NCBI RefSeq assembly: GCF_036971445.1
Contig: NC_091469.1
Location: 10,354,001-10,418,000 of the forward strand
Source: Narcine bancroftii
Taxonomy: Eukaryota
Length of the DNA: 64,000 nucleotides
Direction of reading: 5' to 3'
Numbering within the stretch: position 1 is the first letter of the stretch; the number at the start of each line of letters is the position of its first letter. The notes below the pieces were generated by a model, which was not told the DNA's origin, did not search any database, and saw nothing but the letters and a program-made list of their open reading frames with translations. Made by a program: the position numbers and the translations under genes. This document shows, in pieces, positions 24,920 to 37,030 of the stretch.

Positions 24920-25135
24920 AATTTTAAATTTAAATTTAGACCAACAACCTGGTAATAGGCCTTTCTGGCCCATAAGTCCATGTGGCCCAAATACCCCTCC
25001 ATGCTTTTTTTGAAAGGTGTGAGGAAACAGGAGCACCCAGAAGAAACCCATGAAGACACACAGTCCTTACAGACAGAACTTGATCCGAACCCAGATTGCT
25101 ACCACTCTAATAGCATTGTGCTAATAGCTATGCTA
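24920..25135 (-). mobile_element. tRNA-derived SINE
   Basis: aatttaaatttaga...ggaaacaggagcacccag; same family as 2284-2540. Confidence 0.7.
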
Positions 25136-26384
25136 TCTGTGAGGGAGGAGAATATTGAGGGGGAGCGAATGAGCTTGTTTTTCTCCCAGAGGAAATTAAT
25201 ATCTGGAATGAGCGACCAGAGGATATGGTGGAGGTGAATACAATTATGTTTGAGACGCATTTCAACAGGTACTTGCACAGGATAGGCATGGAGGGATATG
25301 GGCTTGAAGCTCATCAATATGATAGGTGAGGAGAGAGATCATGGTTAGCATGGAAGAGATGGATGAAGAGCCTGTTTCCATATTGAATGATGTATCATTC
25401 CATACTTATTGTTAGAGAGGGAGTAAGACTTTTGAAATAAATGATCCTGTGAGATTCTTGGCTGACAGTTGTAATAACTGAGGATGTTTAACAGCTTTCT
25501 CAATCATTTTTTGGATCAAAGTTCTGATGGGAATGCAGTACTGCTTTGTTTGTTACATTTTTCATCAAGGCCTTCAGAGTTAGCTGCTCAATTATAGTTA
25601 CATTGTCAGACAATTGGAGAAGATATTAGCACAAATAATCTAAGATATACTTATAATTCTTCTCTCTTCAAGGTAACTGAATATTTATCACATCCTCAAT
25701 ATAATATCAAACTGTTCAATTTTCACAATATTGAAGGATCAAATAAATATTTATTTAACTTCTAATTTCTATATTTGATTAGAATTATTCCCCATATGAC
25801 AGAGGGAATAAAGTACAATCTATATGGAACCACAAAACAGAAACATGCCCTTCTAGGCTGTGCTGCCTTGACCCATCGACCTGCACCCAGACCATAGCCC
25901 TTCGTACCCCTCCTATTCATGCACCTGTCCAATCTTCTCTTAAATGTCAAAACTGAATCTTCATCCACCATCTCATCTGGCAGCTCGTTCCATACTCACC
26001 ACTCTCTGGGTTAAGAAGTTCCCCTTAAACATTTCACCATCCATCCTCAACCCATATCCTCAACCCATATCCTCTTGTTCTGGTCCCACCCAACCTCAGT
26101 AGACCCACAGTATTTCTTGTTCCAACACAAAGTAACCTTAATCAGTCAGCATAAAATGTCACGTCAGTACTAAGGAACATGATTGGTCTGTCACCTAGAG
26201 GACCCAGCAACAGTGAACACAATGAGAGAAGAATTAACTACTGTGACTCTGTTTGAACATATGAATGAACACAGGATTTACCTTGACAATAATTATGACC
26301 GTTATTACTGAAAAAGATACAAGTTGATTCAGAAACAGATGCAGTTTAAGCCCAACTTCAACCAGAGGCAAATAAGACAAATGC

Positions 26385-26386
<2 letters not shown>

Positions 26387-26424
<38 letters not shown>
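26387..26424. repeat. (AT)19 microsatellite
   Basis: Directly visible. Confidence 0.98.
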
Positions 26425-26426
<2 letters not shown>

Positions 26427-26794
26427 AAGTCCCCAAAAATCACCAAATTAGCTCCTGAATTGAATATAAACATTTCTTTCTAAAATTTGCTATTCTTCCC
26501 ATGGCTGTAACTGACTTTTAATTCCTTCAGATGCAATGAATATTCCTAAATCACCCCTGTGACCAGTGCCTCTTAGTTTATGATAGAATCTTTCTTCACA
26601 CTATTTATATTCATGTCTCTTGAGCTAAGAGGCCTATTTTACCAAAGGTGAAACATTTTAGCCCTGATACTGCTTGAAAATTTATCATTTTCTATTCAGT
26701 TTCCCCTGATATTTATGCAGCTGCTATATTTTTGACAGTTCTAGTCTTTCAACCGCAATAACCCTATCTTTCATCAAGCCATTGATTTTTAGTT

Positions 26795-27360
26795 TGATAG
26801 TATGGAAGGAGGCCCTTCACTCCAATTATCCACCCAAACCAGTTGTATTTGCCTCCATTTGGCTCTAGCTCTCTGAAACTTTCCTATCGATGTTCCTTCT
26901 GTACCTGCTTTTACCACTTTTTCTGGCAGCTTGTTCCACATACCCACCACTCTGTGTTTTATATTAAAAAAAAAACACTGCCTCTCAGGTCCCTTTTTAA
27001 ATCTTTACCCTCCCACTTTAAATTTAGCATTTGATTCCTCCACCCAGGGAAAATAGATATCACTATTTACCTAATCTAGGCCCTTCATAATCTGCAAGAT
27101 CCTGCTCTGCTCCTATGTTCTAAGAGTCTGTCTATTCAGCCTCTCCATGAACACAAGTAACGTTCTTGTGAATCTTTTCTGCACCCTTTCCAACATAATG
27201 ATCCATTTCCTATAGCTGGGAGACCAGAACTGTGCACGATGCTCCAAGTGTGGTCTCAACAATGTCTTGTAGTGTTGTAACATGACATCCCTGCTCCTGT
27301 ACTCAGTGCCCTGACTGATGAAGGCAAGTGTGCCAAAAGCTTTCTTCAGCTCCCTGTGGA
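26795..27360 (-). mobile_element. CR1 3' fragment
   Basis: gaccagaactgtgcacgatgctccaagtgtggtct is the reverse of a CR1 RPHLExxxQFWS-type motif. CR1 3' UTR lies to the left. Confidence 0.75.
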
Positions 27361-27481
27361 ACTTGTACAGGGTGTTAAAGAAATGCCAGACACACCCAAC
27401 CTCAGTGGTTTCTGATTGGAATACATTCTCCTCCAGTTAAAAAAAAAAATATGGTGGAAAATCTGAATTTATTGTCATGAA

Positions 27482-27955
27482 ATTTTTTTTTAAATTTTTT
27501 TATTTTTCACACTATGAACCATACTGACCAAAATACACACAAACATTTCCCTCTTAAATATCCACAATGTCATTTTTTCCCCTTTCCCCCTCCCTTCCCT
27601 CCCTCCTTCACCCCCCCTCCCCATTCACTCAATGTTCAACATATATGATACATTAAACCCATTAAACAATGTCATCACACAATGAAAATAAACAAGAAAT
27701 TTGTGTCATCTACTTTTACACACTGGGTCAGTTCATTTTGTCGTCTTCTCATTCTGTCATTTTAGGTGGTGGAGGTCCATGGTAGGACTTCTCTGTTGTG
27801 TTCCATGTACGGTTCCCAAATTTGTTTGAATATTGTGATGTTATTTCTTAAATTGTATGTTTTTTTTTCCAATGGAATACATTTATCCATTTCTATGGAC
27901 CATTGCTGTATTCTCAGGCTATCGTCTAATTTCCAGGTTGACATAATACATTTAA
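27482..27955 (-). mobile_element. 5'-truncated L1-like 3' end with poly(A) tail
   Basis: Minus ORF STWKLDDSLRIQQW...IPLEKKTY...FKQIWEPY, a G-rich 3' UTR, and AATAAA plus an A-tail (T-run on plus at 27483). Confidence 0.8.
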
Positions 27956-28089
27956 AAAAATAGATTTAAAAAAATCTATTTTTGGTGTTTGAGCAGCTTC
28001 AAAGTGTAAACATTCATATTATAACCATCTTACAACATTACTATAAAAAAAATAAAATAATAACAATAATTGTGCATGTAAAGTAACTC

Positions 28090-28690
28090 AGTGTCTTTGG
28101 TTCATTGATTATTCAGGAAACTGATGTCCTTGTGCCGCTGAGTGCTCATCTTTAAGCTCCTGTACCTTTCTCCAATGATAGCAGTGAGAAGAAAATGTGA
28201 CCTGGGTGGTGGGGGTCTTTGAGAAATAGAGGTTGCATTTTTTAAGACACCACCTCATGTAGATGTCCTCGATGGAGTTAAGTCTGGTGCCTGTGAAGTC
28301 ACAGGCTGAGTTGACAACCATCGAGTTTATTCTTGTCTTGAGAGTTGACTCCTCCAAACTAACTTCTGTATTTGTAGAAGTTTTTGAGTTTTAGGTACAT
28401 ATCAAATCTCCTCAGACACTTCAAAGTATAGCCGCTGGTGAGCCTTCTTTGTGATTACATCAACATGGAGGCTCCAGACAAATCCTCAGAGATGTTGACA
28501 CCCAGGAATTTTAAGTTCTCGACTCTTTCCATTACTGAGCCCTCGTGTTCCCCTGACTTCCTTCTGAAGTCCACAATCCTCTCCTTGGTTTTGTTGATGT
28601 TGAGCACAAGGTTGTTGTCATTACACCATTCAACGATGTGATCTATCTCCCTCCTGAACACTTCCTCATTGCTGTTTGATTCCTGATCAT
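28090..28690 (-). mobile_element. Rex1/Babar-like LINE 3' fragment
   Basis: EWCNDNNLVLNINKTKERIVDFRR...KFLGVNISEDLS. Confidence 0.85.
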
Positions 28691-29781
28691 CACTGAAATC
28701 TTTAATAATTGATGGATTTCCCTCAGCCTGACCAAACAGTGTCTCCAATTATTCCACAACATCATCAGACTGTGACCCAAACCTTCTACTCGTCCCCTGA
28801 ATTGATATCAAACTTCTCCCACCATGACATTGCTGATCCCTGATAATTCCTATGACTGCCGTTAAACTTTCTAATCCAGAAACACTGCCAGACCTTATGA
28901 CATTGACAACCACACATTTAGCCACCATAAGGCACCCCTTGTCCACCATAGGATTCTGACACCCAAAGGCCTGTAGGTTTATCAACCTCCACCAGAAACC
29001 AACCACTCCATATTTAATGGCCCTCCCATGGTGTGTCATGTGCTTTGTTCCTGTTATATGCTGCATCCTTTCCAGTCTGGCAGACATGTACCTTATCAAT
29101 TAGAGATAATAACACGCAGCTAGAAATAGCTGTCCAGGTAGCATCCATGGAGAGAGAAACAAAGTTGTTAAGACAATTAACCTGTTTAATGCTTCAAGCT
29201 GATGATTTTCTATTACCAGATGCAAAAGCCATTAAAAGGTCAACAGTATGACATGTTAACTTGGTTTCTCACTCCACAAGCCCTTCCTGACTTGTTGAGA
29301 GTTTCCAGCATTTTCTTCTCAGAATTTACAGGGGTTTTCTTTGCATTTAGACTTTGTAAATTATATTGGTTTTGCAGCAGGACACTTATAAAGTATTATA
29401 ATTTTTGACTTTTTAAAAAAAATGCCACAGAACAGAAAATTGAAGTTGCAAGAGCAGAGAGGGCAGAAAAATGATCATACATACAATGAAGCATGAGAAA
29501 CAAAGAATGATTTTTTTAAATCTGGTCAGGCAGTGAACATTTTCTTGGACAAAATTAAGTAGATAAATAAGGATGAGAACCTGCTGTAAGTTATTTATCA
29601 CAATTTTATTTAACGTTATTTATTCATTCAAAAAACAAATAATATAAGACGTATGCAGCAATTAAACATGAACGTTTTTTATATATATAGAAAAAAAAGA
29701 AAAGAACCCCCTTCAGCCAACTCTCCTAAGAGCCATAAAAAAAGAATAAAGAAAAAGTTAAATATACATATTAAAATCTAA

Positions 29782-32700
29782 TCAATATAAATTGAAATGT
29801 AAATATTCTGAGTATAACAGCCACTTATTAATTAAAAAGTTAGTTATCATGCAAAACATATGTATTTTTTCCATTATTAAACAATATTTCATCTCATTAT
29901 GCCATCTATTAATATCAATCATATTTGTATCTTTCCACATACTAGCAATACATTTTTTCGCTACAGATAAATTCCAGCTTGATTTTGTATATTTAGCTTT
30001 ATCTAATCCGAAACCTTTCAGAGGTTGCAAACTACCCAATAAAAATACTGTTGGATCTAAACCTATTTTAATCTTATACAGATATTCTAAAAATGATTGT
30101 ATATGTATACATGACCAAATGGCATGAAAAAAAGTTCCAACTGTATCACCACATCTAAAACACAAATCTGATTCATTAAAACCATATTTTTTTTTATTTT
30201 TCAGTTGTCAAATATAATTGATGTGAAAAATTGTAACTAATCATTGCATAACGTGCATTTATCAACCTAGTTACACTATCTTAACAGATATCTAACCAAT
30301 CATCTTCAGAAAAAATAAAACCAATATCTGCTTCCCATTTAATTTTAGATCTCTCCCAACCCTTTTTATCCATACCATCCTGTAATATTTGATGCATGGA
30401 TGAAATATAACCCTTCTCTGGTACCTTCATAATAAAAGTCTCAAATTTAGTCATTTTGGGTAAAATCATATCTCTACCAAACATACATTTTACCTAAGAT
30501 CGAATTTGATAATAAAGAAAGAGTTCTTATCAATACCAAAATCTTCCCTCATCTGATTAAAAGATAAAAACTTACCCTCTTTAAAACAATCTCCCAAATT
30601 TGTCACACCTTTAAATCTCCAATGCAATAAACTTCGATTATGTTTTGAAAAAGAAATAAGTTGATTATTATACAATGGAGTCAAAGCCAATAATTTACCC
30701 CTAGAACCTATCATTTTATTTTTCTTTATCCATAACTTCATTAAATGTTTTAGTATAGGCACATTATATTTTTGTAACAAATTTATATTCCATCTAAACA
30801 AATATTGATGTATTTCAAATTCAGAAATACTTGCCATCTCAATTTTAGCCCAACTAGGAGGCCGTAACAAATCCATCGATGAACTAATAAATTTAAGTTG
30901 GGCTGCCTCATAATAATTTTGAAAATGTGGTAAATGTAGTCCCCCTAACTTATATTTCCAAGTTAATTTATTCAAAGCTACTCTCGAAAATTTACCCCTC
31001 CATAAAAACTCCCTAACCATTTTATTCAAATATCGAAAAAAAAAATTATCAAGTAAATACAGAATAGATTGAAACAAACATTGTATACGTGTAAAGATAT
31101 TCATCTTAATTTTATTTATCCTTCCCATTAAATTAATAGGTAAATCTTTCCATTTAATCAAATCAGTTTTAATTTTTTCATTAATGGAGCATAATTTAAT
31201 TTATATAAAGATTGATAATTAACATTCAAAATTATACCCAGATATTTAATTCAATCAGTCCACTTCAAATTAATAATATTCTTATAAACTGAATAATCTC
31301 TTTCACTTACCGGAAATATTTCACTTTTTTTCTCAATTAACTTTATATCCAGAAAGACATCCATATTGTATTAAACACTCCTTCAAATGCAAAAGTGACT
31401 GAGCTGGGTTTGTTAAATACACCAATACATCATCAGCAAATAAATTAATTTTATACTCCTCGTCTAAAACTTTCATACCTTGTATCTGTGTATTTTGTCT
31501 TATCAACTGTGCTAAAGGTTCAATCACTAACGCAAACAAAGCTGGTGATAAAGGACAACCTTGACGAGTTGATCGAGTTAACTTAACAAAATTCCAAAAT
31601 CAAACCATTTGTCAATACTCTAGCTATCGGTTTACTATATAGAGCCCTAATCCAACCAATAAAAGAAGGACCAAACTTAAATTTCTCCACAACTTTAAAC
31701 AAAAAATTCCATTCAACTCTATCAAATGCTTTTTTTTGCATCTAAGGATATCACCATCGGGTAATCTAAAGATTGTCAAAATCTATTAATCAAACTAATC
31801 AGGCGCAAAATATTATCTGAATCATCTATTCTTTATAAAATCTGTTTGGCTAAATCTATACAAAAGTTGATTCATATTGATCAATCTATTCACTAATATT
31901 TTAGCTATTTTATAATCTACATTTAACAATGAAATTGGTCCATATGAAGATACTTTCAAAGGATTTCTATCTTTTTTAGGAATTACTGTAATTAAAGCAC
32001 TAGACCAAGACTCAGGTAATTCATAATGTTCTCCAACTTGACGTAATACATCCCCAAACACTGTAGATAAATCATCATAAAAAATTTTATAAAATTCAAC
32101 AAAAAATCCATCATCACCAAGCGATTTACCGTTCAGCATTTCCAGCATAGCCATTTTAATTTCCGAATCAGTAAATGGTTCTTCTAACTCCTGTAATATC
32201 CTCTAATATCGGTAAATTCAACTGTGATTTTAAAAAAGATCAATCGATCCAGTTTCCTGTTTCCTTCAGATGTATATAACTTTCTATAAAATGAATAAAA
32301 TTCATCATTAATATCGAGGTTTATGTAATAAGAGAATTCTGTCTAACAGCATTAATAGTCCTTGATATCTGTTCTTTCTTTAATTGCCACACCAATACCT
32401 ATGTGCTTTCTCTCCTCATTCATAATACTGTTGTTTAGTCCTATTAATCACACATTAAAATTGATAAGATTGCAAAGTATTATATTTCAATTTCAGCCTA
32501 GATAATTCAATTTTCTGATATTCTGTAGCATCTTTCTGAAGTTCCTTTTCTAACTCATCGATCTGTTTCTCTAATTCAAGACTCTGATTTAATCGATTCT
32601 TTTTTATTTTAGAAGTGTAACTAATTATTTGTGCTCTCAAATAGGCTTTCATAGCATCCCATAATACAAACTTACTTTGAACAGAATTAGAATTTTCTTT

Positions 32701-33495
32701 CAAAAAAATTAATTTGTTTTTTCAAAAAATCAATAAATTCCATATTTTTAACAACATTGTATTAAATCTCCAATGATAGGCCATTTGAATTTTCTCAGAA
32801 GTTTCATATGTAAAATATAACAGAGAATGATCTTAAATCACCCTAATTTTATATTCCGCCTGTTGTATTTCCTTTGTAAATGTACCGATACTAAAAAGAA
32901 GTCAATTCTTGAAAACTATTCATGTCTAGATGAATAAAAGGAAAAATCTTTCTCTGTTGGATTAAAACATCTCCAAATATCTACTAAATTAAGATCTTTC
33001 ATCAACGCTTGGTCCTGAATTGCCATCTTGGATTTTTTAACTTTCTTCGGATATTTATCTAATAAAGGTTCCAAAACACAATTAAAATCACCACCAACTA
33101 AAATATTATCATTAGCCTGACCCAAACATAAAAATGCATCTGAAATCAATATTTCATCATCTGCATTTGCGACATAAATATTAAGTAAATTCCAAAATTC
33201 ACTAAAAATCTTACAATTCCATTTAAGAATACATCCTGCCTTTTCCTCCATTGATTGTAATTCAAAAGATAAATTTTTATGTATCAAAATTGCTACACCT
33301 TTCGCTCTAGAATTAAATGAAGAATATACATGCCCAACCCAGTCCCTTTTTAATTTCACACTTCACATTCAAAAGTGTTTCTTGTAAAAAAGAAATATCA
33401 ATTTTAATTTTCTTAATATACGCCAAGACTCGCTTATGTTTAATCGGACTATTTAATCCTCGAACATTAAAAGTAGCAAACCTCAACTTTGACAT
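29782..33495 (-). pseudogene. L1 ORF2 (APE endonuclease, RT, Cys-rich domain), frameshifted
   Basis: TFNVRGLNSPIK, LQET, GGDFNCVL, YGPISLLNVDYKI, LFADDVLVYL, CFRCG...HAIWSC. Confidence 0.95.
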
Positions 33496-33816
33496 GTCTA
33501 CTATTATTACTAAATACCAATAATATATTTATATAAACACTCAAATCAATGTATATAGGCCCTCCAATAGAAAAAAAATCACAAATTAAAAACTAAAAAA
33601 AAATATAAATAGATAAAGAAAAAAAATAAAATCCCCCCCAAAAAAAACTACCAAAAGGTAGTAATCCCCTAAACAAAAATTGGGTGTGGGTCACTCACCA
33701 GGGGCTGATGACTAGTAAAGAACTTAGTGCAAATCTCTCCCTCCCCAGACAAACAGTCAGTAACATCAAAATATCATAATAACAAAAGAAAGAATAGAAT
33801 AAGAAAATTCTTCTTT

Positions 33817-34790
33817 TCATCCAGAAGATTCCAATCTCAAAGATCCCATTTCAGAAGGAGGTAGACTCTTTCCATTCCCGTTTTTCCCATTTCTGCCATT
33901 TCTTCCATTTCCAGAGCAACCAGATTTTTCTTTAGCTGATAATGGTGGACTACGTCTTTGTCCTCTTATATCTGGCAATGAATCAGCAAAAATCATTGCT
34001 TCACGATCAGTTTCAAAAAACTGAAATTGATAGTCTCCATAAAACACCTTCAACACTGCAGGGTAACAAAAAGTAGACTTATAACATTTACGCCACAAAA
34101 CTTCTTTAACTGGATTGAATCAACGTCAACGCTGAATCAACGTTGACTCAAATCAGGATTAAAAAAAAAGACTCTGCTATTCTGAATCAATAATGGGGTT
34201 TGTCATTGTCTCACATTTTGTACTTGAAGTCGAAGTATTGCTTCTCTGTCCAAATAATTCAAACATCGAATTATTACCGGTCTCGGTGGTTGATCAGCTG
34301 AGGGTGTTCTTCTTAAAGCTCTATAGGTTCTTTCCAGTACCAATCCCCCAGAGAAAAATTCTTGCCCTCGTATTTGCGGAATCCAGTCTTTAAAGAAACG
34401 AAGAGGGTCTTGTCCTTCTATACCTTCTGGCAAACCAACAATTTTCACATTATTCCTTCTGCTTTGATTCTCCAAGTAATCTATTTTTCTTTCTAGCTCC
34501 TTCTCATGTTCTCCTAATTCTATGATTGATTTTTCCACCTTCAACACTTTTTCTGTGTTAGAAGTCACTTGTTGTTTACAGTCCAAAAAGGCAGTCTGAA
34601 ACTTTTTAAATTCTTCATGAGATGTATCCACACGTGTCTTAACCATATTTAATTCTGAACTTATGCCAGCATTCATTTGAGCCATTTCATTCATTTGAGA
34701 TGTCAACAAAGGTTATATAACAGCTTGAATAACTTTATTTAATTGCATACACTGTGATTGAGTAAATCTCAGCTCTGCTCTCTCTGACAT
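33817..34790 (-). pseudogene. L1 ORF1 (coiled coil, RRM, CTD), disrupted
   Basis: LENQSRRNNVKIVGLPEGIEG, PRPVIIRCLNY and YPAVLKV. The start position is uncertain. Confidence 0.9.
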
Positions 34791-36139
34791 AGTGGAGAAC
34801 AAGGTAACTGCAGCTCCTGCTACAACTCAACAGAAGGCATTTTAAAAATTTTACTGTGGGTGTGGACTCCCAGTGACGGCACCCCAACTTCCTCAGGGGG
34901 TCGCCGCTGGTCTTCCCCCCTTATCTCGTTGTTTTTTCATCAATTCACGAAGAAAAACTATTTCTTCAGATTGAAATATTACCTGATGCATTTCCAACAA
35001 TGGAGTTGACTTCCTGTGTGCTCCCTCCATTGAAATCGAAAGGCTTTCCAAATTGGGGTCCACTTCTTGGGAACACGTACCTTCTTCCGGAGAACGGGTA
35101 ATTCCAGCGCCATCCTTTATTTGGTGAGTAGTAGTTATTTTTCAGCCCCCACAGGCAATCTTTGGGGTTTAGACAATGAAGAGATTGAGCCTGGGGCTGT
35201 ATTAAGTCGTCTAGGCCCCAAATCTTCAGCACTTCAAAAATGTAACTTTTTCTGAACTTGAGGTTTAGTCTTTTTACCATTAGTGGCCATAATAATTCCT
35301 TAATACTTTAAACTAAAATTTAAAAAGTTTAAACCTGAAGACAAAGGGTTAAAAAACAGGTATTTAAAAGTCTGGCCAGAGAGGTCGAGATTACACGTCT
35401 AGACTCTACGCCATCTTGCCACGCCCCCCGTTATTTATCACAATAAGGAAATAAGAGCAGGACAAAGCCATTTGACCCCTTGAATCTGCCCTGCCATCAA
35501 TGCCAGGTCTCAGATCCTGTTCATGAACTGTGGAGGTGCAGTGATGAAGGAAGTGTGTGACAGAAAGAATGTCAATACAATGGGAAGTATTAATTTTCAG
35601 ACTGGGAGAATAGTGTTGCTCCTGTCATAAAGTCAATGAAGTTGCTGCAGCTCGCTGCACATTCTCACAATGAATAATTTTTCCTTTGTTCCGCTCACCT
35701 TCTCCAAGTCATTCTCCCACAAGAAACAATTTGGCTCCTGACTATTTGTGGGGCATTTCTTTGATTCCTGCATTTTTCCCTTCTTTTATGTTTGTTTTCC
35801 AATACATTGTTTTCTGCTCTCACCTTGAAGTGACACACTTGATCAACTTTGGCTTTCATTTTCATCCTTATCTTTATTCATTTAATGACTTTTTATCTCC
35901 ATTTTTTGGGGATGGGGTGTTGGCTGGTATCTATTTAAAGAATCCTGGCCTACACCTGAACATATTGCAGAGCTCATCACATCCCAGTTCAGACTCCATT
36001 TCTGTTTCTACATATCTCATTTCCCCATTTCTGATGCTGTATTTCAGTTATCTGTAAACCTAGAAAATACCTCCATCATTTTACCTCTTCACCCTCCTCT
36101 TGCCTTCCTCTTTCTCACTTAAAGGGACCTCGCACCTGC

Positions 36140-36600
36140 CTGCATCGAGGGGATGGATGTGGAGAGGGTCAGTACATAGGAGTTCATGTATCAGATGACA
36201 TTTCATGGAACCAGCTCATTCAGACAACCATGAACAAGGCACACCCATACCTTTTGCAGGAGTCTGAAGAGATTTGACATATTGTCAAATACACTATCAA
36301 ACTTCTGCAGGTGCATCCAGGATCATATACTCACTGGTAGCATCATAGCCTGGTTTGGGAATTCAAATGTCCAGGAACTCAGAAGGCTCCAGAAGGTGGA
36401 AGGCATACCTATGTCCATCACAGGCTCTGACCTGCTGTGAGGAGCTGCTTCAAGGAGACAGGCAACATCATAAATGACCTCCATCACCCTGGTCATAACC
36501 TCTTCTCTCTGCTACCTTCAGGCAAAATGTACAGAAGCCTGAAGACCAGCACGTCTAGTTTCAAGAACAGTTTCATTCCAATCAGATTTTTGAACCTTCA
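36140..36600 (+). mobile_element. Rex1-like 3' fragment
   Basis: IINDLHHPGHNLFSLLPSGKMYRSLKTSTSSFKNSF, the Rex1 ORF C-terminus. Confidence 0.8.
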
Positions 36601-37030
36601 GCACCTGAGGCCCTTTGGGTGCCCTTCTTGCCTTCAGCCCACTCTAAAATCCCAGCAACGATATCCAGTTCCTGATCCAGTCTCTAGCAGACCACAGTCC
36701 ATGCGAGTGCTCCCGACCACAAGTCGCTCTCGGCCTATGGGAGTCTCTCAGCAGCTGAGCTGCTTGCTGGTCTACTGTCACTGTCACCACTCAGTAAGGC
36801 TATTTCCTCTCCTTCTCCTGCTCAACAGGAAGTGTTCTCCCATTTCTGGTGCCCTGCACTGGTCCATTGCTCCGTGGAGTCTGCAACCCCTCAAGGCCAC
36901 TGCCGAGCACAGGCACTACTATCTTGGGCATGGACCTCCTCAGTTGCAGGATTTTACTTTCTAACATGGTCAGCTCCTTTAACAAGCCATTTTAAACCTG
37001 CATGGAGCTGCTCACCTCCTGACCAGCAGT
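36600..37030 (-). mobile_element. Non-autonomous repeat, same family as 48708-49355
   Basis: 36915-37010 is colinear with 49250-49345 (atctt...gacctcc...tgcaggattt...tcagctc...tttaaa). Confidence 0.55.

Larger units (their letters stand above)
18180..25390 (+). mobile_element. Old CR1 copy fragmented by multiple later insertions
   Basis: Colinear CR1 ORF2 pieces: ccagaagactgg, ggtaattacaggccagtga, aacaaagttccacatgg, gggtaccacagggattggtactgg, ctacaggaaggat, then a 3' end near 25390. Confidence 0.7.
29605..35429 (-). mobile_element. Full-length (5.8 kb) defective L1-clade LINE
   Basis: 15-bp perfect TSD gttatttatcacaat (29590-29604 and 35430-35444). 5' end GGGGGGCGTGGCAAGATGGCG. ORF1 and ORF2 remnants in the correct order. 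Confidence 0.95.
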
